Source: an uncultured Pseudomonas sp.
GTDB taxonomy: Bacteria > Pseudomonadota > Gammaproteobacteria > Pseudomonadales > Pseudomonadaceae
Reading direction: 5' to 3'
NCBI GenBank assembly: GCA_943912755.1
Contig: CALTWF010000015.1
Coordinates: 6,065 to 70,064 of the forward strand
DNA length: 64,000 nt
This document shows, one piece after another, positions 18,514 through 29,437 of the stretch. Made by a program: the position numbers and the translations under genes. Within the stretch, counting starts at the first letter, position 1, and each line of letters starts with the position of its first letter. Under the pieces are notes generated by a model. The model saw only the letters and a program-made list of their open reading frames with translations. It had not been told where the DNA came from and did not search any database.

Positions 18514-20175
18514 ATGACCACCCCTATCGAACCCCCACCGCAGTGGTCGCGGCGGCGCGCCGAGAAGCAGCGCCGTATCGACCAGGTCCGCCATCTCGCC
18601 GACGGCGCGGTGCTGCCGGGCGAGCGTATCGTCGAGGCGCTGGAACTGCTGATCGCCTCCGGCGACCGCGTGGTGCTCGAAGGCAATAACCAGAAGCAGG
18701 CGGACTTTCTCTCCCGCTCCCTGGCCAAGGCCGATCCGGGCAAGCTCCACGACCTGCACATGATCATGCCCAGCGTCAGCCGCGCCGAACACCTGGACCT
18801 GTTCGAACAGGGCATCGCGCGCAAGCTCGACTTTTCCTTCGCCGGCCCGCAAAGCCTGCGCATCGGCCAGCTGCTCGAAGACGGCCGCCTGGAAGTCGGC
18901 GCCATCCATACCTACATCGAGCTGTATTCGCGCCTGCTGGTCGACCTGATTCCCAACGTCGCGCTGGTCGCCGGCTTCATGGCCGACCGTGCCGGCAATA
19001 TCTACACCGGCCCGAGCACCGAGGACACCCCGGCGCTGGTCGAGCCGACGGCCTTCAGCGACGGCATCGTGATCGTCCAGGTCAACCAGCTGGTGGACGA
19101 TGTCAGCGACCTGCCACGGGTGGATATCCCGGCTTCGTGGGTCGATTTCGTGGTGGTCGCCGACAAGCCCTTCTATATCGAGCCGCTGTTCACCCGCGAT
19201 CCGCGCCATATCAAGCCGGTCCACGTGCTGATGGCGATGATGGCGATCCGCGGAATCTACGAGAAGCACAACGTCCAGTCGCTCAACCACGGCATCGGTT
19301 TCAACACCGCGGCCATCGAGCTGATCCTGCCGACCTACGGCGAGTCCCTGGGGCTCAAGGGCAAGATCTGCCGCAACTGGACCCTCAACCCGCACCCGAC
19401 GCTGATCCCGGCCATCGAGACCGGCTGGGTGCAAAGCGTGCATTGCTTCGGCACCGAGCTGGGCATGGAGGACTACATCGCCCAGCGCCCGGACGTGTTC
19501 TTCACCGGCCGCGATGGCTCGATGCGCTCCAACCGCATGATGTGCCAGCTGGCCGGGCAGTACGCGGTCGACCTGTTCATCGGCGCGACGCTGCAGGTGG
19601 ACGGTGACGGCCACTCCTCCACCGTTACCCGTGGCCGCCTGGCCGGCTTCGGCGGTGCGCCGAACATGGGCCACGACCCGCGCGGCCGGCGCCATGTCAC
19701 ACCCGCCTGGCTGGACATGACCGAGCCGGTGACCCTGCTCGAACGCGGGCGCAAGCTGGTGGTGCAGATGGTCGAGACCTTCCAGGAAGGCGGCAAACCG
19801 ACCTTCGTCGACACCCTCGACGCGGTGGACGTGGCGAAAAAGGCCGGCATGCCCCTGGCGCCGGTGATGATCTACGGCGATGACGTCACCCACCTGCTTA
19901 CCGAGGAAGGCATTGCCTACCTGTACAAGGCGCGCACCGTGGAAGAACGCCGGGCGATGATCGCCGCGGTCGCCGGGGTCACCAGCATCGGCCTGCGCCA
20001 CGACCCGAAAGACACCCTGCGCATGCGCCGCGAAGGGCTGATCGCCCTGCCCGAGGACCTCGGCATCCAGCGCACCCAGGCCAGCCGCGCGCTGCTGGCG
20101 GCCAAGAGCATCGCCGAACTGGTCGAGTGGTCCGGCGGCCTGTACAACCCGCCCGCACGCTTCAGGAGCTGGTGA
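18514..20175 (+). CDS. mdcA: Malonate decarboxylase alpha subunit
   Basis: [21 protein letters not shown]; first gene of a canonical mdc operon. Confidence 0.95.
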   Translation: MTTPIEPPPQWSRRRAEKQRRIDQVRHLADGAVLPGERIVEALELLIASGDRVVLEGNNQKQADFLSRSLAKADPGKLHDLHMIMPSVSRAEHLDLFEQGIARKLDFSFAGPQSLRIGQLLEDGRLEVGAIHTYIELYSRLLVDLIPNVALVAGFMADRAGNIYTGPSTEDTPALVEPTAFSDGIVIVQVNQLVDDVSDLPRVDIPASWVDFVVVADKPFYIEPLFTRDPRHIKPVHVLMAMMAIRGIYEKHNVQSLNHGIGFNTAAIELILPTYGESLGLKGKICRNWTLNPHPTLIPAIETGWVQSVHCFGTELGMEDYIAQRPDVFFTGRDGSMRSNRMMCQLAGQYAVDLFIGATLQVDGDGHSSTVTRGRLAGFGGAPNMGHDPRGRRHVTPAWLDMTEPVTLLERGRKLVVQMVETFQEGGKPTFVDTLDAVDVAKKAGMPLAPVMIYGDDVTHLLTEEGIAYLYKARTVEERRAMIAAVAGVTSIGLRHDPKDTLRMRREGLIALPEDLGIQRTQASRALLAAKSIAELVEWSGGLYNPPARFRSW

Positions 20176-21029
20176 TGAGCGCATCCATGCAGATTCACGC
20201 GCAACTGCCGCTGGGCCACGCCCTGGCCGACCTGGCGGTGGATGCGCTGATCGATGAAGCCGACCTGTCGCCCAAGCCGGCGCTGGTCGACCGCCGCGGC
20301 AGCGGTGCCCACGGCGACCTGCACCTGGGCCTGATGCACGCCTCGGCCCTGTCGCTGTGGCCGTGCTTCCGCGAGATGGCCGAGGCCGCCGCCGGCTTCG
20401 GCGAAATCGGCCTGCCGCTGCGTGAAGCCCTTGGCCGCATCGGCCGCGAAGGCGAAGCGGCGATGCGCGTGACCACCGCCGGGGTCAATACCCACCGTGG
20501 CGCGATCTGGGCGCTGGGGCTGCTGGTCGCCGCGCGGGCCCTCGCCCCGCATGAACACGATGCCGGCGCCATCGCGGCCAAAGCCGGACGCATCGCCCTG
20601 CTCGAAGACCGCTTCGCGCCACGCCAGCAGGACAGCCACGGCCTGCAGGTACAACGCCGCTACGGCGTGCGCGGCGCCCGTGAAGAAGCCCAGGCCGGCT
20701 TCCCCACCCTGCTCGGCCACGGCCTGCCGCAACTGCACGCCAGCCGCCGCAACGGTGCCGGCGAGCAGAATGCCCGGCTTGACGCCCTGCTCGCGATCAT
20801 GACCTGCCTGGACGACACCTGCGTGCTCTGGCGCGCCGGCCTCGAGGGCCTGCACGCCATGCAGCAAGGCGCCCGCGCCGTGCTCGCCGCCGGCGGCAGC
20901 GCCAGCCTCGCCGGGCGCCGCGCCCTGCGTGAACTGGATACCAGCCTGCTCGCCCTGAATGCCTCGCCAGGTGGAGCGGCCGACCTGCTCGCCGCCTGCC
21001 TGTTCCTCGATAACCTCGGGAGCCTCTGA
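20175..21029 (+). CDS. mdcB: Triphosphoribosyl-dephospho-CoA synthase
   Basis: [26 protein letters not shown]. Confidence 0.92.
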   Translation: MSASMQIHAQLPLGHALADLAVDALIDEADLSPKPALVDRRGSGAHGDLHLGLMHASALSLWPCFREMAEAAAGFGEIGLPLREALGRIGREGEAAMRVTTAGVNTHRGAIWALGLLVAARALAPHEHDAGAIAAKAGRIALLEDRFAPRQQDSHGLQVQRRYGVRGAREEAQAGFPTLLGHGLPQLHASRRNGAGEQNARLDALLAIMTCLDDTCVLWRAGLEGLHAMQQGARAVLAAGGSASLAGRRALRELDTSLLALNASPGGAADLLAACLFLDNLGSL

Positions 21030-21031
21030 CC

Positions 21032-21331
21032 ATGGAAACCCTGTCTTTCACCTTCCCTGCCGGGCAACCGGCCCGTGGCCGCGCCCTGGTGGGCTGCGTC
21101 GGCTCCGGCGACCTCGAAGTGCTGCTGGAGCCGGGCGACCACGGCGTCATCGCCATCAACGTGCTGACCTCGGTAAACGGCAGCGCAGCGCGCTGGCAGC
21201 AACTGTTCGAACGCCTGTTCGCCGGGCAGTCGCTGCCGGCGCTGAACATCGACATCCACGACTTCGGCGCCACCCCGGGCGTGGTCCGCCTGCGCCTGGA
21301 ACAAGGCTTCGAGGAGCTCGCCCATGACTGA
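21032..21331 (+). CDS. mdcC: Malonate decarboxylase acyl carrier protein (delta subunit)
   Basis: VGSGDLEVL, DFGATPGVV. Confidence 0.92.
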   Translation: METLSFTFPAGQPARGRALVGCVGSGDLEVLLEPGDHGVIAINVLTSVNGSAARWQQLFERLFAGQSLPALNIDIHDFGATPGVVRLRLEQGFEELAHD

Positions 21332-22178
21332 TATCGCCACCCTGCTGCACACCAGCAGCTTCGTTGAACTCGGCGCCCGCGAGCGGGCCAGGGCGCTGCT
21401 CGATGCTGGCAGTTTCCGCGAGCTGCTCGGGCCGTTCGACCGGCTGATGTCGGTGTGGCTGCAACAACAGGGCATCGTGCCCCAGGCCGACGACGGCGTG
21501 GTGATCGCCAAGGGCACCCTCGACGGCAAGCCACTGCTGGTAGCGGCCATCGAGGGCGCCTTCCAGGGCGGCAGCATGGGCGAGGTCGGCGGCGCCAAGA
21601 TCGCCGGCGCCCTGGAGCTGGCCATCGAAGACAACCGCAAGGGCATTCCCACCGCCGCCGTGCTGCTCCTGGAAACCGGCGGCGTGCGCCTGCAGGAGGC
21701 CAACCTCGGCCTGGCCGCCATCGCCGAGATCCAGGCGGCCATCGTCGAACTGCGCCAGTACCAGCCGGTGATCGGCCTGGTGGCCGGCTCGGTCGGCTGC
21801 TTCGGCGGCATGTCGATCGCCGCCGGATTGTGCAGCCGGCTGATCGTCACCCGCGAAGCACGCCTGGGGCTGAACGGTCCGCAGGTGATCGAGCAGGAGG
21901 CCGGTATCGGCGAATACGACTCGCGCGACCGGCCGTTCATCTGGAGCCTGACCGGCGGCGAGCAGCGCTACGCCTGCGGCCTGGCCGATGCCTTCGTCGC
22001 CGACGACACCCAGGCCGTGCGCGAGGTGCTGCTGGCGCAACTGGCCGCCGGCGAACCGGCCCTGCCGCGCAGCCGGCGCCACGCCGAATTCCTCACGCTG
22101 CTGCAGGGGCTGGGCAGCGACTGCGAACAACTGGACGCCGCCCGTACGCGCGCCCTCTATCAAGGAGAACTGCAATGA
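21324..22178 (+). CDS. mdcD: Malonate decarboxylase beta subunit
   Basis: FQGGSMGE, ETGGVRLQE, GLNGPQVIEQE. Confidence 0.92.
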   Translation: MTDIATLLHTSSFVELGARERARALLDAGSFRELLGPFDRLMSVWLQQQGIVPQADDGVVIAKGTLDGKPLLVAAIEGAFQGGSMGEVGGAKIAGALELAIEDNRKGIPTAAVLLLETGGVRLQEANLGLAAIAEIQAAIVELRQYQPVIGLVAGSVGCFGGMSIAAGLCSRLIVTREARLGLNGPQVIEQEAGIGEYDSRDRPFIWSLTGGEQRYACGLADAFVADDTQAVREVLLAQLAAGEPALPRSRRHAEFLTLLQGLGSDCEQLDAARTRALYQGELQ

Positions 22179-22957
22179 GCCGCGGACTGGAGTGGATGCA
22201 AGCCCTGAGCAACGGCGACACGCTGGCGGGCTTCCCGGCCTCGGTGAAGGTCATCGACGGCGAACTGGACAACCGCCAGGCCCGCTTTATCGCCGTGGTG
22301 CCGGATGCGCACAACCCGTTTCCCCGGGCGCGCAATGGCGAGGTCGGCCTGCTGGAAGGCTGGGGCCTGGCCAAAGCCGTTGAGGAGGCGATCGCAGAAG
22401 ACCAGGGCAAGACCCCGCGGGTACTGGTCGCCGTGGTCGATGTGCCGAGCCAGGCCTATGGCCGCCGCGAGGAAGCCCTGGGCATCCACCAGGCCCTGGC
22501 CGGCGCGGTGGACGCCTATGCCCGCGCCCGCCTGGCCGGGCACCCGGTCATCGGCCTGCTGGTGGGCAAGGCCATGTCCGGCGCCTTCCTCGCCCACGGC
22601 TACCAGGCCCAGCGGCTGATCGCCCTGGATGACGACGGGGTGATGGTCCACGCCATGGGCAAGGCCGCCGCCGCGCGCATCACCCTGCGCAGCGTCGAAG
22701 AGCTGGAAGCGCTGGCCGCCCGCGTGCCGCCGATGGCCTACGACATCGCCAGCTATGCCTCGCTCGGGCTGCTGTGGGAACGGGTGCCGGTCGAGGCGAT
22801 CGAACAGCCTGGCCAGCAGGATGCCGACAAGGTCCGCGAGGTGCTGGCACGGGCGGTGCGGGATATCGCCGGCAGCAGCGACCTGAGCGGGCGCCTGGGA
22901 GCACCGAACCGCAGCCTGTCGTCGCAGGTCCGTGAACGACTGCGCGCGCAGTGGTAA
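22175..22957 (+). CDS. mdcE: Malonate decarboxylase gamma subunit
   Basis: DVPSQAYGRREE, AMSGAFLAHG; ATG overlaps the mdcD stop. Confidence 0.92.
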   Translation: MSRGLEWMQALSNGDTLAGFPASVKVIDGELDNRQARFIAVVPDAHNPFPRARNGEVGLLEGWGLAKAVEEAIAEDQGKTPRVLVAVVDVPSQAYGRREEALGIHQALAGAVDAYARARLAGHPVIGLLVGKAMSGAFLAHGYQAQRLIALDDDGVMVHAMGKAAAARITLRSVEELEALAARVPPMAYDIASYASLGLLWERVPVEAIEQPGQQDADKVREVLARAVRDIAGSSDLSGRLGAPNRSLSSQVRERLRAQW

Positions 22958-22984
22958 CCGCTTCTTGCCGACTGGAGCCTTGCC

Positions 22985-23602
22985 ATGACCAGCACCTTGC
23001 TTGCACACGATCTGCTCTGGGGCATGCCCGCCGAGCAACTGCCTGCCGACGCCCCCGCGTGGGCGCGCCAGGTGCTGCTGGCCGGGCAGCCGGTGGTGGT
23101 GCGCCGTGCGCGGGTGGCGGCAGGCAAGGTGGCCGTGGGTGTGCGCGGCAGCCAGCGGGCGCAGCGCCTGGCGCTGGAAATGCCGCTGGCAGCGATCCAG
23201 CGCCACTGCCGTCCCGAGCAGTTGCGTCTTGAGGCAAGCGCGCAGTTACCCGCGTTGCGCGTACTGCACGCCATCACACCGTTCATGGATGAACTCGGCC
23301 TGCCATGGGGCCCCACCGGCGGGGTCGGTTACCAGTTGGCAAGCGGCGTGAGCGTGCTGCACGAGCAGAGCGACCTCGACCTGGTGCTGCGTACCGCTGC
23401 GCCAATGTCGCGCCAGGCGGCCCGCGACCTGCACAGGGCATTGAGCAACGCGCCCTGCCGTATCGATATGCAACTGGAAACCCCCAACGGCGCCACGGCG
23501 CTGGCGGAATGGGCCGGACACGCGACCCGCGTACTGCTGAAAAGCACTGACGGGGCGCGGCTGGTCAATGATCCCTGGGCTGCCCTGGAGCATTCGCCAT
23601 GA
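22985..23602 (+). CDS. mdcG: Phosphoribosyl-dephospho-CoA transferase
   Basis: HDLLW, VVVRR, SDLDL, RIDMQLETP. Confidence 0.9.
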   Translation: MTSTLLAHDLLWGMPAEQLPADAPAWARQVLLAGQPVVVRRARVAAGKVAVGVRGSQRAQRLALEMPLAAIQRHCRPEQLRLEASAQLPALRVLHAITPFMDELGLPWGPTGGVGYQLASGVSVLHEQSDLDLVLRTAAPMSRQAARDLHRALSNAPCRIDMQLETPNGATALAEWAGHATRVLLKSTDGARLVNDPWAALEHSP

Positions 23603-24525
23603 GCAGCCTGTTCGCCTTTCCCGGCCAGGGTGCGCAGCGCCCGGGCATGCTCCATGACTTGCCGGACGAGCCGCTGGTACGCGCCTGCCTGGAGGAAGCC
23701 AGCGACGCATTGGGCGAGTCCGTACTGGCCCTGGACAGCCGCGCAGCGCTGGAATCCACCCGCGCCGTGCAGCTGTGCCTGCTGCTGGCCGGTGTCGCCA
23801 GCGCCCGCAGCCTGATGCAGCGCAGCCCGGCGCCGGACTATGTGGCGGGCCTGTCGATCGGCGCCTACCCGGCGGCGGTGATCGCCGGCGCCCTGCACTT
23901 CGCCGACGCCGTCAGGCTGGTGGCGCTGCGCGGCGAGCTGATGCAACGGGCCTACCCGAGCGGCTACGGCATGACCGCCCTGATCGGGCTCGACCAGGGC
24001 AGCGTGGAACGCCTGGTCCAGACCTCGGCCGAGGCGGTCTACCTGGCCAATATCAACGCCGACAACCAATTTGTGATTGCCGGCAGCGACCACGCCATGG
24101 CCGCACTTGCCGAGCGCGCCCTGGCCTGCGGCGCAAGCGCCGCCAGGCGCCTGGCCATGAGCGTGCCCTCGCACTGCGCCCTGCTCGACCAGCCTGCCGC
24201 CGAGCTGGCCGGTGCCTTTGCCGGGATCAGCCTGCGTCGCCCGCAACTGCGCTACCTCAGCGCCAGCAGCGCGCGCCAGATCAGCGACCCCGAGGCGCTG
24301 CGCGACGACCTGGCCGGCAACATGTGCCGTACGGTCAACTGGCATGGCACGCTGGGCAATGCCTACGAACGTGGCGTGCGCCTGCTCGTCGAACTGCCGC
24401 CCGGGGCCGTGCTCAGCCGCCTGGCCCGGCGCCTCTTCAATCCCGGGACGGTCGTCGCCTGCCAGGACGCCCGCAGCGATACCCTGGACGCCCTGCTGCG
24501 TCAGGAGGTGAATTCGAGCCGATAA
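23599..24525 (+). CDS. mdcH: Malonyl-CoA:ACP transacylase (epsilon subunit)
   Basis: FPGQGAQ, GLSIG, VPSH. Confidence 0.9.
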   Translation: MSSLFAFPGQGAQRPGMLHDLPDEPLVRACLEEASDALGESVLALDSRAALESTRAVQLCLLLAGVASARSLMQRSPAPDYVAGLSIGAYPAAVIAGALHFADAVRLVALRGELMQRAYPSGYGMTALIGLDQGSVERLVQTSAEAVYLANINADNQFVIAGSDHAMAALAERALACGASAARRLAMSVPSHCALLDQPAAELAGAFAGISLRRPQLRYLSASSARQISDPEALRDDLAGNMCRTVNWHGTLGNAYERGVRLLVELPPGAVLSRLARRLFNPGTVVACQDARSDTLDALLRQEVNSSR

Positions 24526-24585
24526 CTGCCGTGCAATTCGAAGAACAACAACAAGCAACTTCGTCTTAACGTGAGGAAAACAACA

Positions 24586-25002
24586 ATGATCATCTACGGA
24601 GTGGCCCTGCTGGCCGTATGTACGCTTGCCGGTGTCGTCATCGGTGACTTCCTGGGCGTCCTGCTGGGCGTCAAGTCGAACGTGGGTGGCGTCGGGATCG
24701 CCATGATCCTGCTGATCTGCGCCCGGCTGTACATGCACCGCGAAGGTGGCATGAGCAAGGAATGCGAATTCGGCGTCGGCTTCTGGGGCGCCATGTACAT
24801 CCCCATCGTGGTCGCCATGGCCGCCCAGCAGAATGTCGTGACTGCCCTGCACGGCGGCCCGGTGGCACTGCTGGCGGCGGTCGGCGCAGTGCTGCTGTGC
24901 GGTGCGACCATCGCCCTGATCAGCCGCACCCACCGCGGCGAACCACTGGAAAAGGAAGCTGAACCCGCAGATGCATCGGTAGTACCGGCAGGAGGCCGCT
25001 GA
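24586..25002 (+). CDS. madL: Malonate transporter subunit L
   Basis: MIIYG, NVGGVG, MYIPIVVAMAA; preceded by A-rich AAGAACAACAACAA motif. Confidence 0.9.
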   Translation: MIIYGVALLAVCTLAGVVIGDFLGVLLGVKSNVGGVGIAMILLICARLYMHREGGMSKECEFGVGFWGAMYIPIVVAMAAQQNVVTALHGGPVALLAAVGAVLLCGATIALISRTHRGEPLEKEAEPADASVVPAGGR

Positions 25003-25003
25003 A

Positions 25004-25768
25004 ATGCTCGATCTCATTGAAAATGCCCTGGAACACAACAGCCTGATCACCGCCTTCGCCCTGGTCGGCGGGGTCATGTGGCTCTCGGTGGTGCTGTCCA
25101 AGCGACTGACCTTCGGTCGCGTGCACGGCTCGGCCATCGCCATCGTCATCGGCCTGGTCCTGGCCTGGGTCGGCGGCACCCTCACCGGCGGGCAGAAAGG
25201 CATCGCCGACATGGCCCTGTTCTCCGGCATCGGCCTGATGGGCGGCGCCATGCTGCGCGACTTCGCCATCGTCGCCACCGCGTTCGAGGTGCAGGCGACC
25301 GAAGCGCGCAAGGCCGGGATGATCGGCGCGATCGCCCTGCTGCTGGGCACGGTGCTGCCGTTCATCGTCGGTGCGGCGGTGGCCTGGAGCTTCGGCTATC
25401 GCGATGCAGTGAGCATGACCACCATCGGCGCCGGCGCGGTGACCTATATCGTCGGGCCGGTGACCGGCGCGGCGCTGGGTGCCAGCTCCGACGTCATGGC
25501 GCTGTCGATCGCCACCGGCCTGATCAAGGCCATCCTGGTGATGGTCTTCACCCCTGTCTCGGCGCGCCTGCTGGCGCTGGACAACCCGCGCTCGGCGATG
25601 GTCTTCGGCGGCCTTGCCGGCACGGTCAGCGGGGTTACTGCAGGCCTGGCGGCCACCGACCGGCGCCTGGTGCCCTACGGCGCCCTGACCGCCACCTTCC
25701 ATACCGGCCTGGGCTGCCTGATGGGGCCATCGATCCTGTACTTCTGCGTTCGCGGCCTGGTCGGCTGA
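25004..25768 (+). CDS. madM: Malonate transporter subunit M
   Basis: HGSAIAI, GGAMLRDFAIV, PYGALTATF. Confidence 0.9.
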   Translation: MLDLIENALEHNSLITAFALVGGVMWLSVVLSKRLTFGRVHGSAIAIVIGLVLAWVGGTLTGGQKGIADMALFSGIGLMGGAMLRDFAIVATAFEVQATEARKAGMIGAIALLLGTVLPFIVGAAVAWSFGYRDAVSMTTIGAGAVTYIVGPVTGAALGASSDVMALSIATGLIKAILVMVFTPVSARLLALDNPRSAMVFGGLAGTVSGVTAGLAATDRRLVPYGALTATFHTGLGCLMGPSILYFCVRGLVG

Positions 25769-25787
25769 AACCCTGACCGGCATGTGC

Positions 25788-25820
25788 ACGCCCCGGCCTT
25801 GCGCCGGGGCGTTGTCGTTT
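25788..25820. terminator. Hairpin terminator between convergent madM and mdcR
   Basis: ACGCCCCGGC/GCCGGGGCGT stem followed by a T-rich tail. Confidence 0.6.
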
Positions 25821-26737
25821 CAGCCCTCGCCCTGGCGGCTGTACATGCGGCACTCGGCGACCAGCGCCAGCAGGTTCGGGTCGCGCTCGCGGGCCTTGAG
25901 GAACACCACGCCGATGCGCTGCTGCAGGCGGTAGCGCGGCTGCAGCGGGATCAGCCGGATGCGGTTCTCGTACACCGCCGAGATGCGCCCCGGCAGCAAG
26001 GCATAGCCAACCCCCGAGCTGACCATGCTGAGCAGGGTGAAGATATCGTTGACCTGCATCGCCACGTTCGGCTTGAAGCCCGCCTGCTGGAACACCCGCT
26101 CGGCGTCGCGGTGGGTGGCGAAGCCCTGGGTCAGGGTGATGAAGGTGGCGCTGGCGAGATCGGCCAGGTCGACCTCGTCCTTCTGCGCAAAGGGCGAGTT
26201 GTTCGGTACGGCGAGGAAGATATCGTCGGCAAACAGCTGCAACTGCTCGCAGGCCGGGTCGCAGGTGCTGTCGTCGAGCGACACCAGGATGGCGTCCAGC
26301 TCGAAGTTCTTCAGGCGATAGAGCAGGTCGACGTTGGAGCCCAGGGTCAGGTCGATATTCAGCTCGCTGCGCCGCAGCTTCAGGCCCATCACCAGTTGCG
26401 GCACGGTCTTCACCGTCAGCGAATACAACGCGCCGAGCTTGAAGCGCTCGGCGGAAAAACCCGCGGCCTCGCGGGTGACGCGGATCATCTCGGTGGCATC
26501 CTGGATCAGCTTGCGGGCCTTCTCCTCCAGCACATAGGCGCTTTCCAGCGGCGTCAGGCTGCGCCCTTCGTGCTTGAACAGCGGGCAGCGCAGGGCGTTT
26601 TCCAGCGAGTGGATGGCCCGGTGCACGCTGACGCTGCTGGTTTCCAGGGTGCTGGCGGCACGGGCCAGATTGCCGCTGTGCATGAAGGCGAGAAAGATTT
26701 CGAGCTTCTTCAGGGTCAGTTCTTCGTCGATTTGCAT
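25820..26737 (-). CDS. mdcR: LysR regulator of malonate utilisation
   Basis: EELTLKKLEIFLAFM...SVSVHRAIHSLE; located after madM. Confidence 0.88.
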   Translation of the reverse strand: MQIDEELTLKKLEIFLAFMHSGNLARAASTLETSSVSVHRAIHSLENALRCPLFKHEGRSLTPLESAYVLEEKARKLIQDATEMIRVTREAAGFSAERFKLGALYSLTVKTVPQLVMGLKLRRSELNIDLTLGSNVDLLYRLKNFELDAILVSLDDSTCDPACEQLQLFADDIFLAVPNNSPFAQKDEVDLADLASATFITLTQGFATHRDAERVFQQAGFKPNVAMQVNDIFTLLSMVSSGVGYALLPGRISAVYENRIRLIPLQPRYRLQQRIGVVFLKARERDPNLLALVAECRMYSRQGEG

Positions 26738-27017
26738 TGAGCCGTTCCGTGCACGCAGGGGTGGCCAAGGGTAGCGCAAAGCACGCTGTTCCGATTAGCG
26801 CAGGCTGAAGCCGCCACGGCGGTGTCCGCGACTTTCCTGCAACCTGACGCTGAAATCGGATTGCGTAGTTGTCAAGCAGGCACAGGATTTGGCATCTGCT
26901 GCCACACTTCACGTATTTGAGGAAGACCAAGCTGACCAGCGAACTGCCAGAGTAGACAGCAGGCGGCACAAACTAGTTAACATATGCACTAAATCACTTC
27001 CCGACGGAACCACAGCC

Positions 27018-28028
27018 GTGCCCCTGAAACTCAGCGTGATCGACCAGACCCCCATCCACCAAGGCCACAGCGCCGTGACCGCCCTCGCCACCTCGGTGGA
27101 ACTGGCCATCGCCTGCGAGGGCCTGGGCTATCACCGCTACTGGGTTGCCGAACACCACGACAGCATCCACTTCGCCGGCACGGCGCCGGAAATCCTCCTG
27201 ACCCGCATCGCCAGTGCGACCCGCAGCATGCGCATCGGCAGCGGCGGCGTGATGCTCAGCCACTACAGCCCGTACAAGGTGGCGGAAACCTTCGCCCTGA
27301 TCGGCGCGCTGTTTCCCGGGCGCATCGACCTGGGCATCGGCCGCGCGCCGGGCGGCGGCCTGTTGAGTTCGATCGCTCTCGCCGCGCCCCGCCCGCCGGC
27401 GCAGCACGACCACTTCCCGCAGCAGGCCGCCGACCTGTGCGCCTTCCTGCGCGGCGAGCTGCCGTCCTCCCATGCCTTCGCCAGCCTGGCCTGCGCCACC
27501 GACCAGGCCTCGCGCCCGCAGCTGTGGATGCTCGGCTCCGGTGGCGGCAGCTCGGCCCTGGCCGGGCAACTGGGCATGGGCCTGGCGCTGGCCAGGTTCA
27601 TCGCCCCCGCGACCTGCTCGCCGGCAATCTTCGACCAGCATGCCCAGGCCTGGAAGCAAGTCGCACACAGCAGCACCCCGCCGCGCCTGGTGGCATTGGC
27701 GGTGATCTGCGCGGCGTCGGATGAAGAGGCGCGCTTTATCGCCGGCACGGCCGTGTACCGCAAGCTGATGGCCGGAAACGGGCCGCGCGAGCCGCTGCTG
27801 GCGCCTGGTGAAGTGCAGCGGCGCTACCAGCTGATGCCCCCGCAGCAGCGCCTCGCCTTCGACAGCACCCTGGCCGATATGGTGGTCGGCTCGCCGGCCA
27901 CCTGCCGGGCGCAGATCAGCCGGATCGCCGCCGACTTCGGCTGCGAGGAGATCGGCGTAGTCACCGTCACCCACGGCTTCGAAGACCGCCTGCGCAGCTA
28001 CCGCCTGCTGGGCACGCCGGGCGCCTGA
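27018..28028 (+). CDS. Luciferase-like (LLM class) flavin-dependent oxidoreductase
   Basis: RYWVAEHH, IGSGGVML.HYSP.KVAE, RIDLGIGRAPG; GTG start. Confidence 0.85.
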   Translation: MPLKLSVIDQTPIHQGHSAVTALATSVELAIACEGLGYHRYWVAEHHDSIHFAGTAPEILLTRIASATRSMRIGSGGVMLSHYSPYKVAETFALIGALFPGRIDLGIGRAPGGGLLSSIALAAPRPPAQHDHFPQQAADLCAFLRGELPSSHAFASLACATDQASRPQLWMLGSGGGSSALAGQLGMGLALARFIAPATCSPAIFDQHAQAWKQVAHSSTPPRLVALAVICAASDEEARFIAGTAVYRKLMAGNGPREPLLAPGEVQRRYQLMPPQQRLAFDSTLADMVVGSPATCRAQISRIAADFGCEEIGVVTVTHGFEDRLRSYRLLGTPGA

Positions 28029-28151
28029 GCGATATTCGCCCACCTTTCGGACACGCATCGGACGGCCAACATACAGGTTGGTCTGTTCCTTGCTGAAGTA
28101 CAGGCAAGCCGACGGTGATCGGCACCAAGGATCACACTGCCGCCCTGGCGT

Positions 28152-28186
28152 TATCCGGATACTGCAGCGGCCATCCGCCAACTGCA
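28152..28186 (-). promoter_or_regulatory. Tandem XylS/BenR-type AraC site (TGCA-N6-GGAT, two copies)
   Basis: Minus strand TGCAGTTGGCGGATG and TGCAGTATCCGGATA, 20-bp period. Confidence 0.5.
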
Positions 28187-28235
28187 GTCACCCCGGGCCA
28201 GAACGGTGCAGCCCTGATCGCCTGTGTAACGAGAG

Positions 28236-29267
28236 GTGACAATGATCTCCAACGAACCAAGCCTTGCGAGCGGTGCGTGCTTCAGCGAACTGGAACTGTT
28301 CGCCGAGCAGAACCTGTTGTTTTTGCATTACGACCTCGACAGCGTGCGCAGCAGTGTCGGGCGCATTTTCAAGCCCCATGACCTGAATGCGGTACGCAGC
28401 GGCGAGACGGTGGCCGCGAGCATGCACCATGTCGCCCGCGGCGGCCTCTCGCTGGGCCGCCTGGAGTACGCCACCGAGGTGGATATCGACCCGGGCCGGC
28501 TGGAGGATTTCTACCTGATCCAGATTCCCATCCAGGGTGGCGCCAACATCCGCTGCGAGGGCGTCGAGTTCGATTCCTCGCCCCATGTCGCCTCGCTGCT
28601 GTCGCCAACCCTGCCGGCGCGCATGCGCTGGCAGGCGGGCGCCCCGCAGCTGACCCTGCGCATCGAGCAGGCCGACATGGCCTACCACTGCCGCCAGCAC
28701 ATTCCCCAGGCCAGCCAGCGCCTGCCGCAATTCGACCCGCGCCTGGACTTCTCCCGCGCCGGCGCGGCCTACTTCCTGCAATTGCTCAACACCTTGGTCA
28801 ATGCCCTCGGCAGCGCCGAGCACCCGCTGCACCAGCCGCTGGTGCTCAAGCAGTTCGAATCGGCGCTGCTCAATTCACTGCTGTATGGCCAGCCCCACAG
28901 TGCCCTGGACAACCTCGACCGCCCGGCCGAGAAGAACATCTCGCCGTACTTCATCAAGCGCACCGAGGCCTATATCCGCGAGCACCTGCACGAGCCGCTC
29001 AGCGTCGAATCCCTGGCCGAGCAGGCCGGGGTCAGCGTGCGCACCCTGTTCGCCGGATTCCGCAGCTTCCGCAACACCAGCCCGATGGCCTACCTGCGCG
29101 AGTTGCGCCTGGAACAGGTGCACGAGGAACTGACCCGCAACGAGCAGGCCTCGGTGACCGATGTGGCATTCAAATGGGGCTTCGCCCACCTCGGGCGGTT
29201 TGCCCAGGAGTACAAGCGGCGGTATGGGGAGTTGCCGTCGGCGACGCGGCGGTTTCGGGCGTCGTGA
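28236..29267 (+). CDS. AraC regulator of BenR/AntR type (candidate IifR)
   Basis: AraC-binding N-domain; C-terminal WGFAHLGRFAQEYKRRYGELPS. Confidence 0.85.
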   Translation: MTMISNEPSLASGACFSELELFAEQNLLFLHYDLDSVRSSVGRIFKPHDLNAVRSGETVAASMHHVARGGLSLGRLEYATEVDIDPGRLEDFYLIQIPIQGGANIRCEGVEFDSSPHVASLLSPTLPARMRWQAGAPQLTLRIEQADMAYHCRQHIPQASQRLPQFDPRLDFSRAGAAYFLQLLNTLVNALGSAEHPLHQPLVLKQFESALLNSLLYGQPHSALDNLDRPAEKNISPYFIKRTEAYIREHLHEPLSVESLAEQAGVSVRTLFAGFRSFRNTSPMAYLRELRLEQVHEELTRNEQASVTDVAFKWGFAHLGRFAQEYKRRYGELPSATRRFRAS

Positions 29268-29284
29268 AGGTGAGCGGCGCCAAC

Positions 29285-29428
29285 CTGCGGGCGGATTCAC
29301 CCGCGATTGCATCGGTGAATTCAGCATCGTAATCGCTGGCAAGCCAGCTCCCACAGTGACCGCGCCTGACACAACCTCCACGGCTGGCCGGGAACCCTGT
29401 GGGAGCTGGCTTGCCAGCGATGAGGCCC
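29285..29428. repeat. REP cluster
   Basis: Inverted GTGGGAGCTGGCTTGCCAGCGAT copies plus a degenerate REP, between convergent AraC genes. Confidence 0.85.
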
Positions 29429-29437
29429 GTCGATACC

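Noticed and set aside
18508..20184. 558-aa ORF antisense to mdcA (similar cases opposite antA, the TonB receptor and the amidase)
   Set aside because: Codon-bias shadow ORFs
26860..27000. Sigma-54 promoter upstream of the LLM gene
   Set aside because: GGCAC elements are present, but none has the GG-N10-GC spacing
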